Assembly: GCA_951406725.2 (NCBI GenBank)
Contig: OX597814.1
Location: 136,028,001 to 136,092,000, forward strand
Source of the DNA: Octopus vulgaris
Taxonomy: Eukaryota
Direction: 5' to 3'
DNA length: 64,000 bases
In this document: in pieces, positions 25,430-38,263 of the stretch
How the letters are laid out: the number at the start of each line of letters is the position of its first letter
Position numbering within the stretch: the first letter of the stretch is position 1
Notes under the pieces: generated by a model
Seen by the model: the letters and a program-made list of their open reading frames with translations, nothing else
The model's database searches: none
What the model was told of the DNA's origin: nothing
Position numbers and translations under genes: made by a program

Positions 25430-27459
25430 GTAAGTAACCATATACTCTCTCTGCTTACTCATATTCCCCTTTCGCCCCACCTTTTTTTTTTCATCTCTAG
25501 TATTTGTTAGTCTTCAATTAGTAAACTTCACCATGTCTAATTTTTCTTTCTCTGAACTCTTGGAATATTTAAAAAATGGACCCTAATCACTGCATGATAA
25601 GCTAACCATAACATTTTTCATGCTCACAGTTAACATTTCACCTGCTTTCATTCATTAAGGATAAATTTCATTCAATTGCGAAAGTGATTATCTTCATTTG
25701 TCCGTCTCACTTGCGGTTCTAATACAGCAGTGCATTGTGGCTCGATTATTATTTTTTTTTTATCTTCAGCTTTATTTAAATCAAGTAATGTGTGCTGTAG
25801 AACTACTTGAAATACATTCAGAGATATGCTATATTTTGCTTCTTAATTAAAAGGTGTCAACTTAAGATGAATGGTTATTATCATCTAATTTATCATTCCA
25901 TAAAGTTTATGCACGTTCACTGGAAAAGATACCATCGTCTTGGTGGCTTTACCCTGCTTTATGTAATATATATATTGTCTTTTTAAATATATACATGTGT
26001 GTGTATATTACATAAATATACATTTATGTAATATATATATATATTGTCTTTTTAAATATATACATGTGTTAGCAGAAACCATGCTAAACCAGACTGGAGT
26101 CTGGTGCAGTACATCAGTTTACCAGCCCTGGTCAAATGATCCGATCTATGCCAGCATGGACAACAGATGCTAAATGATGATGATGATAAATATACACATA
26201 CACACCAACATACATATATACATATATGTATCTGTGTATAAATATATACACATGTATATATTTATATATATATAATATACATGTTGAGAAGACCTGTCAA
26301 GCCAAGTGAAATCACAGTTGTGGCCATTGTTGGTGTCACACAACTAGCATGTAAAAAACACCTTTTGAGTGTTAGGCCTCACAGAGTCAATGTGGCCGAT
26401 ACTGGTGTCACTCAACTAGCACCTGTGTTGGTGGTATGTAAAAGCACTCATTACACTCTTGGAGTGGTTGGCATTAGGAAGGGCATCCAGCCGCAGAAAC
26501 CATGCCAAACCAGACTGGAGTCTGGTGCAGCACATCAGCTTACCAGCCCTGGTCAAACCATCTGATCTATGCCAGTATGGACAACAGATGCTAAATGATG
26601 ATGATAATAAATACACACACACACATGCACCAACATACATATATACATATATGTATGTGCGTGTATATATACACACACATGCATACATTTTTACACAATT
26701 AGAGATATGTTCTATTTTTTTCTTTATAACCAGCTTTATAATAAAGCAGTATCATAATAATAAGTATTTTGAAGGAAAATTTTTTTTATTAGTCGAAAAT
26801 TTTGGGATTTGGTGCATGACATCTTTAACTATAGACTTAAATTGTAAAAATTTTCTGCTTTTAAAAAAAATTTTCTTACACGATGCTGATTATTATATTG
26901 CTCTCCAGCTCACTCTCAATATATATATATATATATGTATATATATGTACATGTATATGGTGAGCTGGCAGAATCGTTAGCATGCTGCATGAAATGCTTA
27001 GTGGTGTCTTGTCTTTATGTTCAGAGTTCAAATTCTGCAGAGGTTGGTTTTGCTTTTCATTCATTCGGGGTCGATAAAATAAATACCAGTTGAGCACTGG
27101 GGTTGATGTAATCGACTTAATTACTTCTGAGTAAGAGTACAAAACTGCATTCTCTGCCAAGCCATGTTGAGCCAGTGTGGAAGAGTAGGCTTATCAAACC
27201 AGTATGATCCCAAGCCATTTTCTGGTGGAGAGAACAAGCTGAGGCCCTCATTCAGCAGTGGACTGAACACAGACAATCAAACCGAGTCCAATCCAATATA
27301 TATATATATATATATATAGGAAGGGTATCCAGCTATAAAAACCATGCCAAAACAGATAGTGGATGTAGCCGAAATCCTCTGGCTTGCCATCTCCTGTCAA
27401 ACTGTTCAACCCTTACCAACATGGAAGACAGACGTTAAATGATGATGATATGTATATAC

Positions 27460-27508
<49 letters not shown>

Positions 27509-28047
27509 AACACACACTAATCACACATATATACACTACTATACTGGAAGCAGGCTGGACGATGATACACTATGTGGAGCTCCAAACTCACCAGTAGTAA
27601 TCATACATCTAACTGTACACACAAGAAATAATATATACATTGGCAGCTGCATTGCTATACCTTCAGGAATGGCAATGTTGTTAAGAAGTTTGCTTCCTAA
27701 CCACATGATTCTGTGTTCAGTCCCACTAGGTGTCACCTTGGGCAAGTATCTTCTAGTAGAACTTTGTGCCAACCAAAACTTTCCGAGTGAATTTAATTGA
27801 TGAAAACTGAAAGAAGCTTGCCTCACACACACACACTGATGTATATGTGTGTGTGTGTCCTTGTGATAGCTGTAAAGTCGTTATCACTGTTATACAAGCA
27901 GTGTCATTCATTTCTAGTATTCTGTGAAGACATGTCTAGCCATGGGGAAACAGGTTCATGACAGAAAAACCATCCTTCTTGCCTTAATAAATTCTGCTTA
28001 GCCCATGGAAAGTGAAAGTTAAAAGGATGATGATGATATATGTGTGT

Positions 28048-28083
<36 letters not shown>

Positions 28084-28489
28084 ACATACGTGTGTGTAAT
28101 TTAAAAGTGCTTGAAGGCACAATAGTTTACCAAAAGATTTGGCTAGGGAAGCAGTTTCACATGCTACTCCTATTCTTCACACAATGCCCATCATACCCTT
28201 AGATTGGGTAGTGTGTGAAGTTCAGACTATGTCATATAGTAATATATGATTCACTGAAAATGAAATTGGTATTTTGAAGCTTTATGTAACATATTAGCTC
28301 TTCTGCACATCTATTGTCACTTTGAATAAGTCAATTAACCAAGTTGCACAATCCGGTTGGAACACTTCCTTGTTATTTTCAGCAAAATATGTGTTAATAA
28401 ATAAATATGTGTATGTATGTATGTATGTGTGTTTGTGTATATGCTTGTTTTAACATTCTGTGGTGGTTCTATATGAGCATCACCTTGAT

Positions 28490-29575
28490 ATTGTTGGAAA
28501 AGCCAGGGATTGGCTGCATGACTTTTTGTAAGATAGTAGTTAGACAGTTGCAGCCAATGCTGCTCTCTGTCTCTGATGAGACATCAACTCTTGATGGAGT
28601 CCCTCGGAGAACTGTACTTGGAGCACTACTGTTTGTGGTGGCTTTCTCAGATATGCCCTTACTCATACAATCAGCCACTCACATCAATTATGCTGATGAT
28701 GTAAAAGTGTGAAGGCACATGGCTTTGTGGTTAGAGTAGCAAAGGCTCATGATCCTAATGTCATGAGTTTGATTCCTGGCAGTATGTTGTGTCCTTGAGC
28801 AAGACTCTTTATTTCACATTGCTCCAGTCCACTCAGCTGACAAAAATGATTTGTATCTGTAATTCAAAGGGCTGGTCTTGTTACATTCTATGTCACACTG
28901 AATCTCCCTGAGAACTATGCTAAAGGTATGCATGTCTGTAGAGTGCTCAGCTTTTTGCATGTTAGTTTCACAAAGCAGACTGTTCCATTGATTGGATCAA
29001 CTTGTGGAACATTAGCCATCAGAATTGACAAAATATCCATGATGTAAAAGTATCACAAGTAGTCAAAGACCTTGACGATAAGTCAAAACAACAGATTTAA
29101 ATGCTTTATACAAGTGTGCTGAAGAAAGCATGTAATACAGTGTTGAGAAATTTCAAGCTCTCTCCTATTAATCCACAAACAGGTTGCTATCAGAATTGTT
29201 GGAACCAAGAGGTATTGCAATTCTGGAGCCAGAGTTGGTGCATTACCTGAGGATCCATGAGTAAACGAAGCGTCATTCATTCTGTGTGCATATTACTGAC
29301 AAGGCCACACCGTGCAAGCAACTGACAGGCTGGATCCTGAGATCATTTGGAAAACAGAAAAAAACCGAAAGTATGTTATTCCTATGGACTAATTGCCTGG
29401 ATTACTGCTCCTAATTGTGTTTGCTACAACACATCAAACGAACTATTGAACCCGAGACAATTAAACACCTCTGCATGGAGAAGATTACCTCAGTGCAACA
29501 GATGAGCTACTGGGAGAGGCTGAAAGAACTGAGGTTCTACTCTCTAGAAAGAAGATGTGAAAATATGCAGTGATA
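28490..29575 (+). mobile_element. Old CR1/L2-like LINE RT relic with a nested SINE
   Basis: GVPRRTVLGALLF and YADDVKV, later MSYWERLKELRFYSLERR. Confidence 0.75.
28709..29038 (+). mobile_element. tRNA-derived SINE (family C) with a 13-bp TSD
   Basis: A/B-box-like head; atgatgtaaaagt at 28696-28708 and 29039-29051. Confidence 0.85.
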
Positions 29576-29610
29576 TATATATATATGTATGTATGCACAC
29601 ATACACACAC

Positions 29611-30367
29611 ACGGTGGGGGGTGGTGCTGAAAAGTTCCTGCTTTTAAGGGTTTTGTGAAAGGCCTGGTTGGAGGCCCAACTGTCCGAGTTCTTTTACAGG
29701 GCTTAGAAAAAATAGACTGCTGCAATAAGTGTGTGAATTTAAGAGGGAAATATGTTGAAGAAAATCATAGTTAATTGATCCTACTGTATTTTCTTTCATG
29801 GAGGCGCAATGGCCTGGTGGTTAGGGCAGCCGACTCACGGTTGTAAGATCGCAGTTTCAATTCCCAAACCGGGCATTGTGAGTGTTATTGAGTGAAAACA
29901 TCTAAAGCTCCATGAGGCGTCGGCCGGAGGAGTTGGTGGTGAACCCTGCTGTATTCTTTTACGACAACTTTCTCTCACTCTTTCTTCCTGTTTCTGTTGT
30001 ATCTGTATTTCAAAGGGCCAGCCTTGTCACACTCTGTCATGCTGAATCTCCCCAAGAACTACGTTAAGGGTACATGTGTCTGTGGAGTGCTCAGCCACTT
30101 GCACGTTAATAAATGAGCTGCGATGTCACTGGTGCCAAGCTGTATCGGCCTTTGCCTTTCCCTTGGATAACATCAGTGGCGTGGAGAGGAGGAGGCTGAT
30201 ATGCATGGGCGACTGCTGGTCTTCCATAAACAACCTTGCCCAGACTTGTGCCTCGGAGGGTAACTTTCTAGGTGCAATCCCATGGTCATTCATGACTGAA
30301 GGATTTCACAACACAACAACTGTATATTCTTTTACCCAAAGCCAGGAACTTTTCAGCACCCCCTCGT
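29611..30367. mobile_element. Tc1/mariner-type MITE carrying the SINE above
   Basis: TIRs ggtgctgaaaagttcctg / caggaacttttcagcacc. Confidence 0.8.
29799..30319 (+). mobile_element. tRNA-derived SINE (family C) nested in a MITE
   Basis: Head tggcctggtggttag...gtttcaattccc; near-identical flanks actgtattttctttca / actgtatattctttta; related heads at ~806 and ~42165. Confidence 0.85.
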
Positions 30368-30918
30368 GTGTGTGTGTGTGTATATGCATGTATATACATA
30401 TGCATGTATACACATACGCATGTATATATGTATGTGTATGTATATATGTGTGTGCACATATATGTATGTATATATGAATATGTATGTTTATATATGTATA
30501 TATATGTATGTTTATATATATATATAAACATGTCCAACCCATGCTAGCATGGAAAGCGGACGTTAAATGATGATGATGATGATGATGATGATATCTTTGT
30601 GTACACATATGTTTTTATGTGTATACACACATACATGCATATACACACACACATATAAGTACACATGTACTATTTTGTGTGTGTGTGTGTGTGTAAATAT
30701 GTTAATCCAGAGACAGTTTTCTCTCTCAATTTTTTTACTTCTCTTCATCTGTTTTCTCTCCTCATTCCATTCTGTAGAGGTGCATAGGCTCAAAACATCA
30801 AAGACATCTTCCATTTTTTCCTGAGCGTTAAACTAATACACCTTGTTTGTTATTCCCTTACCTGTTTCTGTTTTTTTTTAAAATATAATATTGAAATATA
30901 TATATGTATGTATGTATG

Positions 30919-31300
30919 CAGGGTGTTCCCAAAAATGTTTGCACATATTGAATTATTATAAAGTTAGTGTTAATTAAAATACATTTCATTTGCTAAATTT
31001 AATAGAATCTACAGAGAACTTGATTCTTTTCATGAATACCTGTTTTCAAATTGAAGACAATTCTGGTCCAGACACTGCTGACAATGCTAAGTAATGGAAT
31101 CACAAACATTTATTTTGGTATTTGTGTGCATTCTCAGTCAATGACTGCCCTTAATTTGTTGGTCGTTACTGGTTTTGTACTATAAATTTTTATTTTTTAA
31201 GTAGCATCATAAAAAATGCCCTGTGCTGTGATGTTCATTGAACAATGTGGGTATACTAATGAATTTTTTCATCAAATCTGCCAGTTTGGGAAATTCTCAT
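30919..31300 (-). mobile_element. Tc1-like transposon 3' fragment
   Basis: cagggtgttccc terminus; - strand remnant resembling FFLWGYLKxxVYxxKP. Confidence 0.55.
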
Positions 31301-31923
31301 CATTTCCCAATTTAAAATGACTTGATAAGTTTTGAGGAAAATTTGGCTGCTATTTCTAGTAGGTTGAGTGACTGTACAGAGGCCTTCCCCTGTTGGTTCA
31401 GTTTAACTTGGTTGATATTTAGCCCAGATCAGTCCTGACCAAATAGACCCATGATGATAAAAAATTATTCCAGCCACGATCAAAACTTTATGTATATATG
31501 TATATCAGCTGTTATAGCATCCATTTTACCCATTTTTGTTAAGACAGTGATTTGATGAAGATTTGGTTGTGCTTTCCAATAGGATGAGTGACCACCATGT
31601 TGAAACTCCTTTTTGAACACAGACCAGCCAATAACATTGATGTCACCTTACACAAAGGAAAATATTGTAAGGTAGTGTCTGCTAGAATACAACTCTCTCT
31701 CTTCCATTCCTTTCTTTCCATCAGAGAGTTGCTGGGTCTCTGAGGTGTTGGTGGGATGTGGGTTACTTTTATTTTTTTACTTTAGAGAGGTGTTTGGTGC
31801 AAGGACTGGTGTGAGGTATGAGTTAGAAAGAATGTGATCAGTGTGAGAGGAAGGCCTGCCTGTGTTTCAGTTACATATATAGATACACTTACATAAGCTC
31901 CATTACAATAATGATATTGCACT

Positions 31924-33733
31924 GGAGGAATTCAAGACAGGCTGTCCCTGGGAGCTCCTCTACGCTGACGACCTTGCTCTTATTGCTGAGTCACTATCAG
32001 AACTGGAGGAGAAGTTCCAGGTGTGGAAGGAGGGTTTAGAATCAAGGGGCCTTAGAGTCAACCTAGCTAAAACCAAAGTACTAATAAGTAGAAAGGTAGA
32101 CAATCCACAAATATCTTCAGGAAGATGGCCCTGCTCGATCTGTAGAAAAGGTGTAGGTAGAAACTCTATAAGATGTACCCAGTGTAAGCTATGGACACAT
32201 AAGAGGTGCAGCAATGTCAAAGGTAGGCTAACTGGGAAGATAGTTTTTGTATGTGGCAGATGCTCGGGAGCATTAACCTCCGAAAATCTGCAGAAAACAA
32301 CTTCCGTCACTTTCCAGGGGGAAAAACTAGAAGTAGTTGATAGCTTCCGTTATCTAGGTGACCAAGTCAGTAGTGGGGGTGGGTGCGCTGAAAGTGTAAC
32401 TGCTAGAATAAGAATAGCCTGGGCAAAGTTTAGGGAGCTCTTACCTCTGCTGGTGACTAAAGGCCTCTCGCTCAGAGTAAAAGGCAGACTGTATGATGCG
32501 TGTGTACGAACAGCCATGCTACATGGCAGCGAAACATGGGCCGTGACTGCTGAGGACATGCGTAAGCTCGTGAGGAATGAAGCCAGTATGCTCCGATGGA
32601 TGTGTAATGTCAGTGTACATACTCGACAGAGCGTTAGCACCTTGAGAGAAATGTTGTACCTAAGAAGCATCAGTTGTGGTGTGCAAGAGAGACGATTGCG
32701 CTGGTATGGTCATGTGGCGAGAATGGATGAAGATAGGTGTGTGAGAAAGTGCCAATCCCTAGCAGTTGAGGGAACCCGTGGAAGAGGTAGACCCAGGAAA
32801 ACCTGGGACGAGGTGGTGAAGCACGACCTTCGAACTTTAGGCCTCACTGAGGAAATGACCAGAGACCGAGACCTTTGGAAATATTCTGTACGTGAGAAGA
32901 CCAGGCAGGACAAGTGAGCCCAGCCCACTTATGAATGCCTTTCCTCCCTTGGACACAAAGACCGGTTGAGGCAAGCGAAGTCGATATAGAACCTCATCCG
33001 ACGACAGACACCCATGCCAACCCCCCATGCTTGCGAAGACATGTTGGGGCAAGCGAAATCGAAACCGAATTGAACCAGCCAGGATCCCTGGCCTGGTGGT
33101 ACGTAAAAAGCACTATCCGACTCGTGGCCGTGGCACGTAAAATACTCCAATGCGACCGTACGACAGGCACCCATGCCAACCCCCTTTGCTTGTGAAGACA
33201 TGTTGGGGCAAGCGAAATCGAAATCGAATTGAACCAGCCAGGATCCCTGGTCTGATGGTACGTAAAAAGCACTATCCGACTCGTGGCCGTGGCACGTAAA
33301 ATACTCCAATGCGACCGTACGACAGGCACCCTTGCCAACCCCCTTTGCTTGTGAAGACATGTTGGGGCAAGCGAAATCGAAATCGAATTGAACCAGCCAG
33401 GATCCCTGGTCTGGTGGTACGTAAAGCACTATCCGACTCGTGGCCGATGCCAGCACCGCCTCGACTGGCTTCCGTGCCGGTGGCACATAAAATACACCAA
33501 TCTGACCGTGGCCGTTGCCAGCCCCGCCTGGCACCTGTGCAGGTGGCACGTAAAAAGCACCCACTACACTCACGGAGTGGTTGGCGTTAGGAAGGGCATC
33601 CAGCTGTAGAAACATTGCCAAATTTAGACTGGAGCCTGGTGCAGCCTTCTGGCTTCCCAGAACCCCGGTCGAACCGTCCAACCCATGCTAGCATGGAGAA
33701 CGGACGTTAAACGACGATGATGATGATGATGAT
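31924..33733 (+). mobile_element. 5'-truncated young RTE-clade LINE: C-terminal part of RT, 3' UTR and (GAT)n tail
   Basis: Open frame with LLYADD, GLRVNLAKTK, FRYLG, RLRWYGHV and GTRGRGRPRKTW, stop at 32917; CpG-rich; short-repeat tail. Confidence 0.93.
33001..33446 (+). repeat. Tandem 159-bp units (~2.8 copies) in the LINE 3' UTR
   Basis: acgacagRcaccc recurs at 33001, 33160 and 33319. Confidence 0.92.
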
Positions 33734-34262
33734 GTGTGTGTGTAAGTGTGTGTGCATAAAGGGATGTGTGTGTGCATAGAAGGATAGTAATTCTGAATAA
33801 GAACTGATAGTGGCAAGAGGTGGAAAGACTCTAGACTAGCTGCAGACTGTCTTTCTAGTGCTGGTTGTACAATATAATGCACAGTCCTGTATATTGATAG
33901 GAAGGGCATCCAGCCGTAGAAACCTTGTCAAAATTGGAATGTGTGAAAGATGTGGACTTTGTAAGCCACATTGCATGCTGTCTATCTAGGATTGAAGTAA
34001 CTCCAAAACGGATTGATTCAAGATTAGTGTCTGTTTAGTCTTGCTATAAACATCGTCTCTCATTTTGGCGACACAATAAAAATGGGAAAAGATAAAAGAA
34101 CAAAAAAAAAAACATGATGCAGATGTGGCTGTGTGGTAAGAAATTTGCTTCCCAACCACATTATTCTCACTGTGTGGCGCTTTGGGCAAGTATTTTCTAC
34201 TATAACCCTGGGATGACCAAAGCCTTGTGAGTGGATTTTGTTGATAAAACCAGAAAGGAACC

Positions 34263-34306
<44 letters not shown>

Positions 34307-34999
34307 GTATGTATGTGTATATAGTATGTATATATGCATGTGTTTGTGTTTTCTTGTGTTGACATCACATGATAGTTGCAAATGGTTATCAATGTCATAG
34401 TAGCAGTATCATTCATTTTTAATATTCTGTGAGAACTTGTCAGGTCATAGGGGAATGTTATCTTGCTTGGAAACATATGAGGGTTGGTGAGAGGAAGAGC
34501 ATCCAGCCATAGTAAATTCATCTCAAGTATACTCCAATTGACCCTTGCAAGCATGATAGAGTGAATGTTAAAATAATGTTTATGATGGTGATGATGATGG
34601 CATCCAAGTTGGTTTGTTGTGTATATGTTGCTGTGTGCATATAGTCAATTGACTAAAGTGGTGAAACCCTATGAAACCTATGGCAGCAGAAAAAAAGCAA
34701 ATGTTGATGATTACAGTAAAGTCTTCTCATAATCCATTCATTCATTCATTCATTTTTTTTTCCTTCCTATTTTGTAACAAAACTCTACTTTATGTGACTG
34801 TTACTTAGTTGTCTTCTTTGTATAATGAATTAATAAAATTTCACTGTTCCTATGCCTTGATTAGCGAGCTGTTGGGACTTGTTTTGACCAATTTTTCGGT
34901 GCTGGAATTATTTTGTACTTTTTTCAATGAATGGTGCGCAAATTAATGACTGTTACTGGTGCGTTTATCTTTCTTCTCCTATATTCCTTCCTTCCTCAG

Positions 35000-35130
35000 G
35001 CATATTTTGTGCTGAAGGAAAAGGCTGCCACAGTTGTCAGGTACCAGTACAGATCACTGCATGTTTCTGCTATTCTTGCTTAAAATTTCCTCAATATCTA
35101 ATTATCTATCATCTCTTTCTCTCAGATTGA
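35000..35130 (+). CDS. Candidate alternative NDRG exon (S-IFCAEGKGCHSCQ; donor after 35040, or read-through to the stop at 35130)
   Basis: ~129-nt AG-free zone and strong pyrimidine tract ending ctcag; open in the phase-1 frame; TGCATG at 35058, ACTAAY at 35169 and 35187, AATAAA at 35172. Confidence 0.45.
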
Positions 35131-35342
35131 CTTTAACAACAATTTACCCAGTAGTAATTGCACAGCTCACTAATAAATCTTAGCTAACTAACTCTAGGCT
35201 CTTTTCGCTTTATTCACTGACACTGGCTGTTTTTTTCTCTTTAACCTTCTTCTATAACTTTTCTTCTCAGCTCAGTTTTTTCTAGTAATCTACAAAACAA
35301 CACCAAGATATTATTGTAATTATTATTATTTTTTCTTCTTCT

Positions 35343-35747
35343 GGTCTGGCAGAATCATTATGCCAGATGAAATGCTTAGAGGTATTTCAACTGTTTTTAC
35401 ATTCTAAGTTCAAATTCCTTCAAGGTTCACTTTGCTTTTCATCCTTTTGGGAGTCGATAAAATAAGTACCAGTTGAGCACTGAGGTTGTAATCAACTTAC
35501 CCCTCCCTGAAAGTTTCAGGCCTTGTTCTTATAATAGAAAAGATTATTATTCTTATTATCATTATCATCGTGGCAATCTGGCAGAATCATTAGCATGCCG
35601 GGCAAAATACTTAGTGGCATTTTGTTCGACTTTATGTTCTGAGTTCAAATTCCATCAAGGTCAATTTGCCTGTCATCCTTACAGGGTTAACATGATCAAC
35701 TTACCCCTTCCCCACAAATTTCAGGCCTTGTGCCTATAGTAGAAAGA

Positions 35748-35782
<35 letters not shown>

Positions 35783-36237
35783 GGTAGCAAAGTGGTACAA
35801 GTGTTAGCATGACGAGCGAAATGCTTAGCGGCATTTCTTCCGTCTTTGCATTCTGAGCTCAAATTCCTCTGAGGTCAACTTTGCCTTCCATCTTTTTAGG
35901 GTCGATAAAATAAGTCCCAGTTGAGCACTGGGGTCGATGTAGTCAACTTATCCCCTCCCCCAAACTTGCTGGTCTTGTGCCAAAATATGAAATCGTTATT
36001 ATAATTATTTATTATTTTCTTCTCTGAGCTGCAGTATTGTTAACATGCCAGGCAAAATGATTAGCAACATTTTGTTCATCTATATATGTTCTGAGTTCAA
36101 ATTCTACCAAGGTTGACTCTGCCTTTCATCCTTGTAGAGTCAATAAAATAAGTGCCAGTTGAGCACAGTTGGGTTGATGTAATCGACTGGCTTCCTCCCC
36201 CATAATTTCAGGCCTTGTGACTAAAGTAGAAAGAATT
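35343..36237 (+). mobile_element. Four head-to-tail SINE family A copies
   Basis: Same consensus; ATT-rich spacers. Confidence 0.88.
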
Positions 36238-36778
36238 ATGTTTTTCTCACACAAGTGGTTGTTATTTCTATTAAAAGACCCCAGATGTAGTATGTATCTC
36301 ACTTGATATCTTCCTCTCTATGCCATGGGTAATATCAAAGGCATCACACATTTGTATATCATTCATATCATTTCTATATGGGTATTTTGTTGTTGGTTGG
36401 TTTTTGTTGTTGTTGAGTTCTTTAGCCTCATCATGATCCTGATGATTGTGCAAACCTCTAATCAAAGGCAATTCATCCATAACTATCTTATCATTTTCCC
36501 AGGAACTGGCCTCCCTCGGCTACATTATCCAGTATTTCATTTGTTTTAAGGACTTATGCTGTGATGTTAGAAAAGATTTGGCTGCTAGCTTTAGCAGTTT
36601 GATTAATCACTTAGAGGCTTTCTTATTGGCTTGTTTTGTTGTTAGTTTTTCTTATATGACAATAGTATTTTTAATAAATAAATAAATAATATGTTTGTTG
36701 ATGAGTTTACCTTATTACATGGAAGGGTGAGACTGATTAACAGTCAATTGTATATCTGTCTTAGGTCTCATGTTATGT

Positions 36779-37039
36779 CAGTGGTTCCCAAATTTTTTCG
36801 GGCTACACCTCCCCCCACTTGGCACCCAGGCCAAATTCCTAGCACTCTTTTCACCACAGATATAGACCACATTCTGCAATAAATTCAAAACAACTATATT
36901 TCACAAATAAAACTTAAGCCTAATTAATCTATAAATATATTTTTTTTTACATCTACCACCCCATTATCATCTCACTTTTCTTCAATGCCACCCCATCCTG
37001 GATCTTTCCACTGCCCACTGCCCACTTTGGGAACCAATG
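36779..37039. mobile_element. hAT-type MITE
   Basis: TIRs cagtggttcccaaa / tttgggaaccaatg; 8-bp TSD tgttatgt / tgtgatgt. Confidence 0.85.
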
Positions 37040-38227
37040 TGTGATGTATATAACTCATTCAAGAAAACATTCTTTAAGGTACTGAAGAAAAGAAAGAATA
37101 ACCTTGTCTGCAAAACTATGGAGATTGTCATTATTGCATGGTAAGAAGTGTGCTTTCCAACCACGTGATTCTGGGTTCAGTCCCACTGTGTGGTACCTTA
37201 GGCAAGTGTCTTCTATCATAGCCTCAGGCTGACTCAAAGCCTTGTGAGTGGATTTGTTTGACAGAAACTGAAAGAAGCCCATTTTGTGTTTGTGTGTGTA
37301 TCCACCACCACTACCTCTTGACAACTGGTGTTGGTGTGTAAGTACAAGGCTTAAAAACATAAGCACTTGGGTTGATTTGTTTGACTAAATTTTTGCAAGC
37401 CAGTACTCCAGCATGGTCTCAGTCTAATGACTGAAATGAGTAAAAAATAAAAAGATATATCTTCTAATAGTAAATGACTGGTTTTCTTTCTTAAGACAAA
37501 GAAGCCCAACAAAAATAAAGGTTCTTAACAGACATATGAGCTCTACACAGTAAACAGACCTTTTGTTTCATGTGAGTTCTATTTTTTCCAAGCTAGTATG
37601 ACTTAGACAGGAGGTAATTGAGTCAGGATTTTTATGGTTGGATGATCTTCCTGTTGCCTACCTTTACTTGTTGTTCAAGTAAGGGTCTTTTTTTCCCCCC
37701 ATGGAATTCAGAAGTTCAGAGTTGTATGACAATTCATTAACGGAAAATGTTAATGACTATCACTGTTTGTAATTGTAGCTCAGCATAGTTTGTAAGCATT
37801 CTCAGTCACACAAATGCACTTGCATACACACGTTTTTATATATAAGCGTGGCTGTGTGGTAAGAAGCTTGCTTTCCAACCACATGGTTCCAGGTTCAGTC
37901 CCACTGTGTCTTCTATAGCCCTGGCTCGATCAAAGCTTTGTGAGTGGATTTGGTAGATGGAAACTGAAAGAAACCTGTTGTAGATAAAGATATATATATA
38001 TATGTTACTATTTCTGTCTGTGTGTCTGTGTTTGTCCCCCATTGCTGCTTGACAACCAGTGTTGGTATGTTTGCATCCCTGTAACTTAGTGGTTTGGCAA
38101 AAGAAACTGATAGAATAAGTACTGGAGTCAATTCATTAGACTAAAAGACTTCAAGGTAGTGCCCCAGGATGGCTGTAATCTAATGACTGAAACAAATAAA
38201 AGGCTAAAGATATATATATACACACAA

Positions 38228-38262
<35 letters not shown>

Positions 38263-38263
<1 letters not shown>

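Noticed and set aside
29799-29875. tRNA-like sequences (also ~806, 28715, 42165 and 61166-61238)
   Set aside because: Decayed stems followed by repeat bodies: SINE heads, not tRNA genes
33001-33446. Regularly spaced repeats resembling a CRISPR array
   Set aside because: Whole 159-bp units repeat with no unique spacers, no cas genes, eukaryotic LINE context
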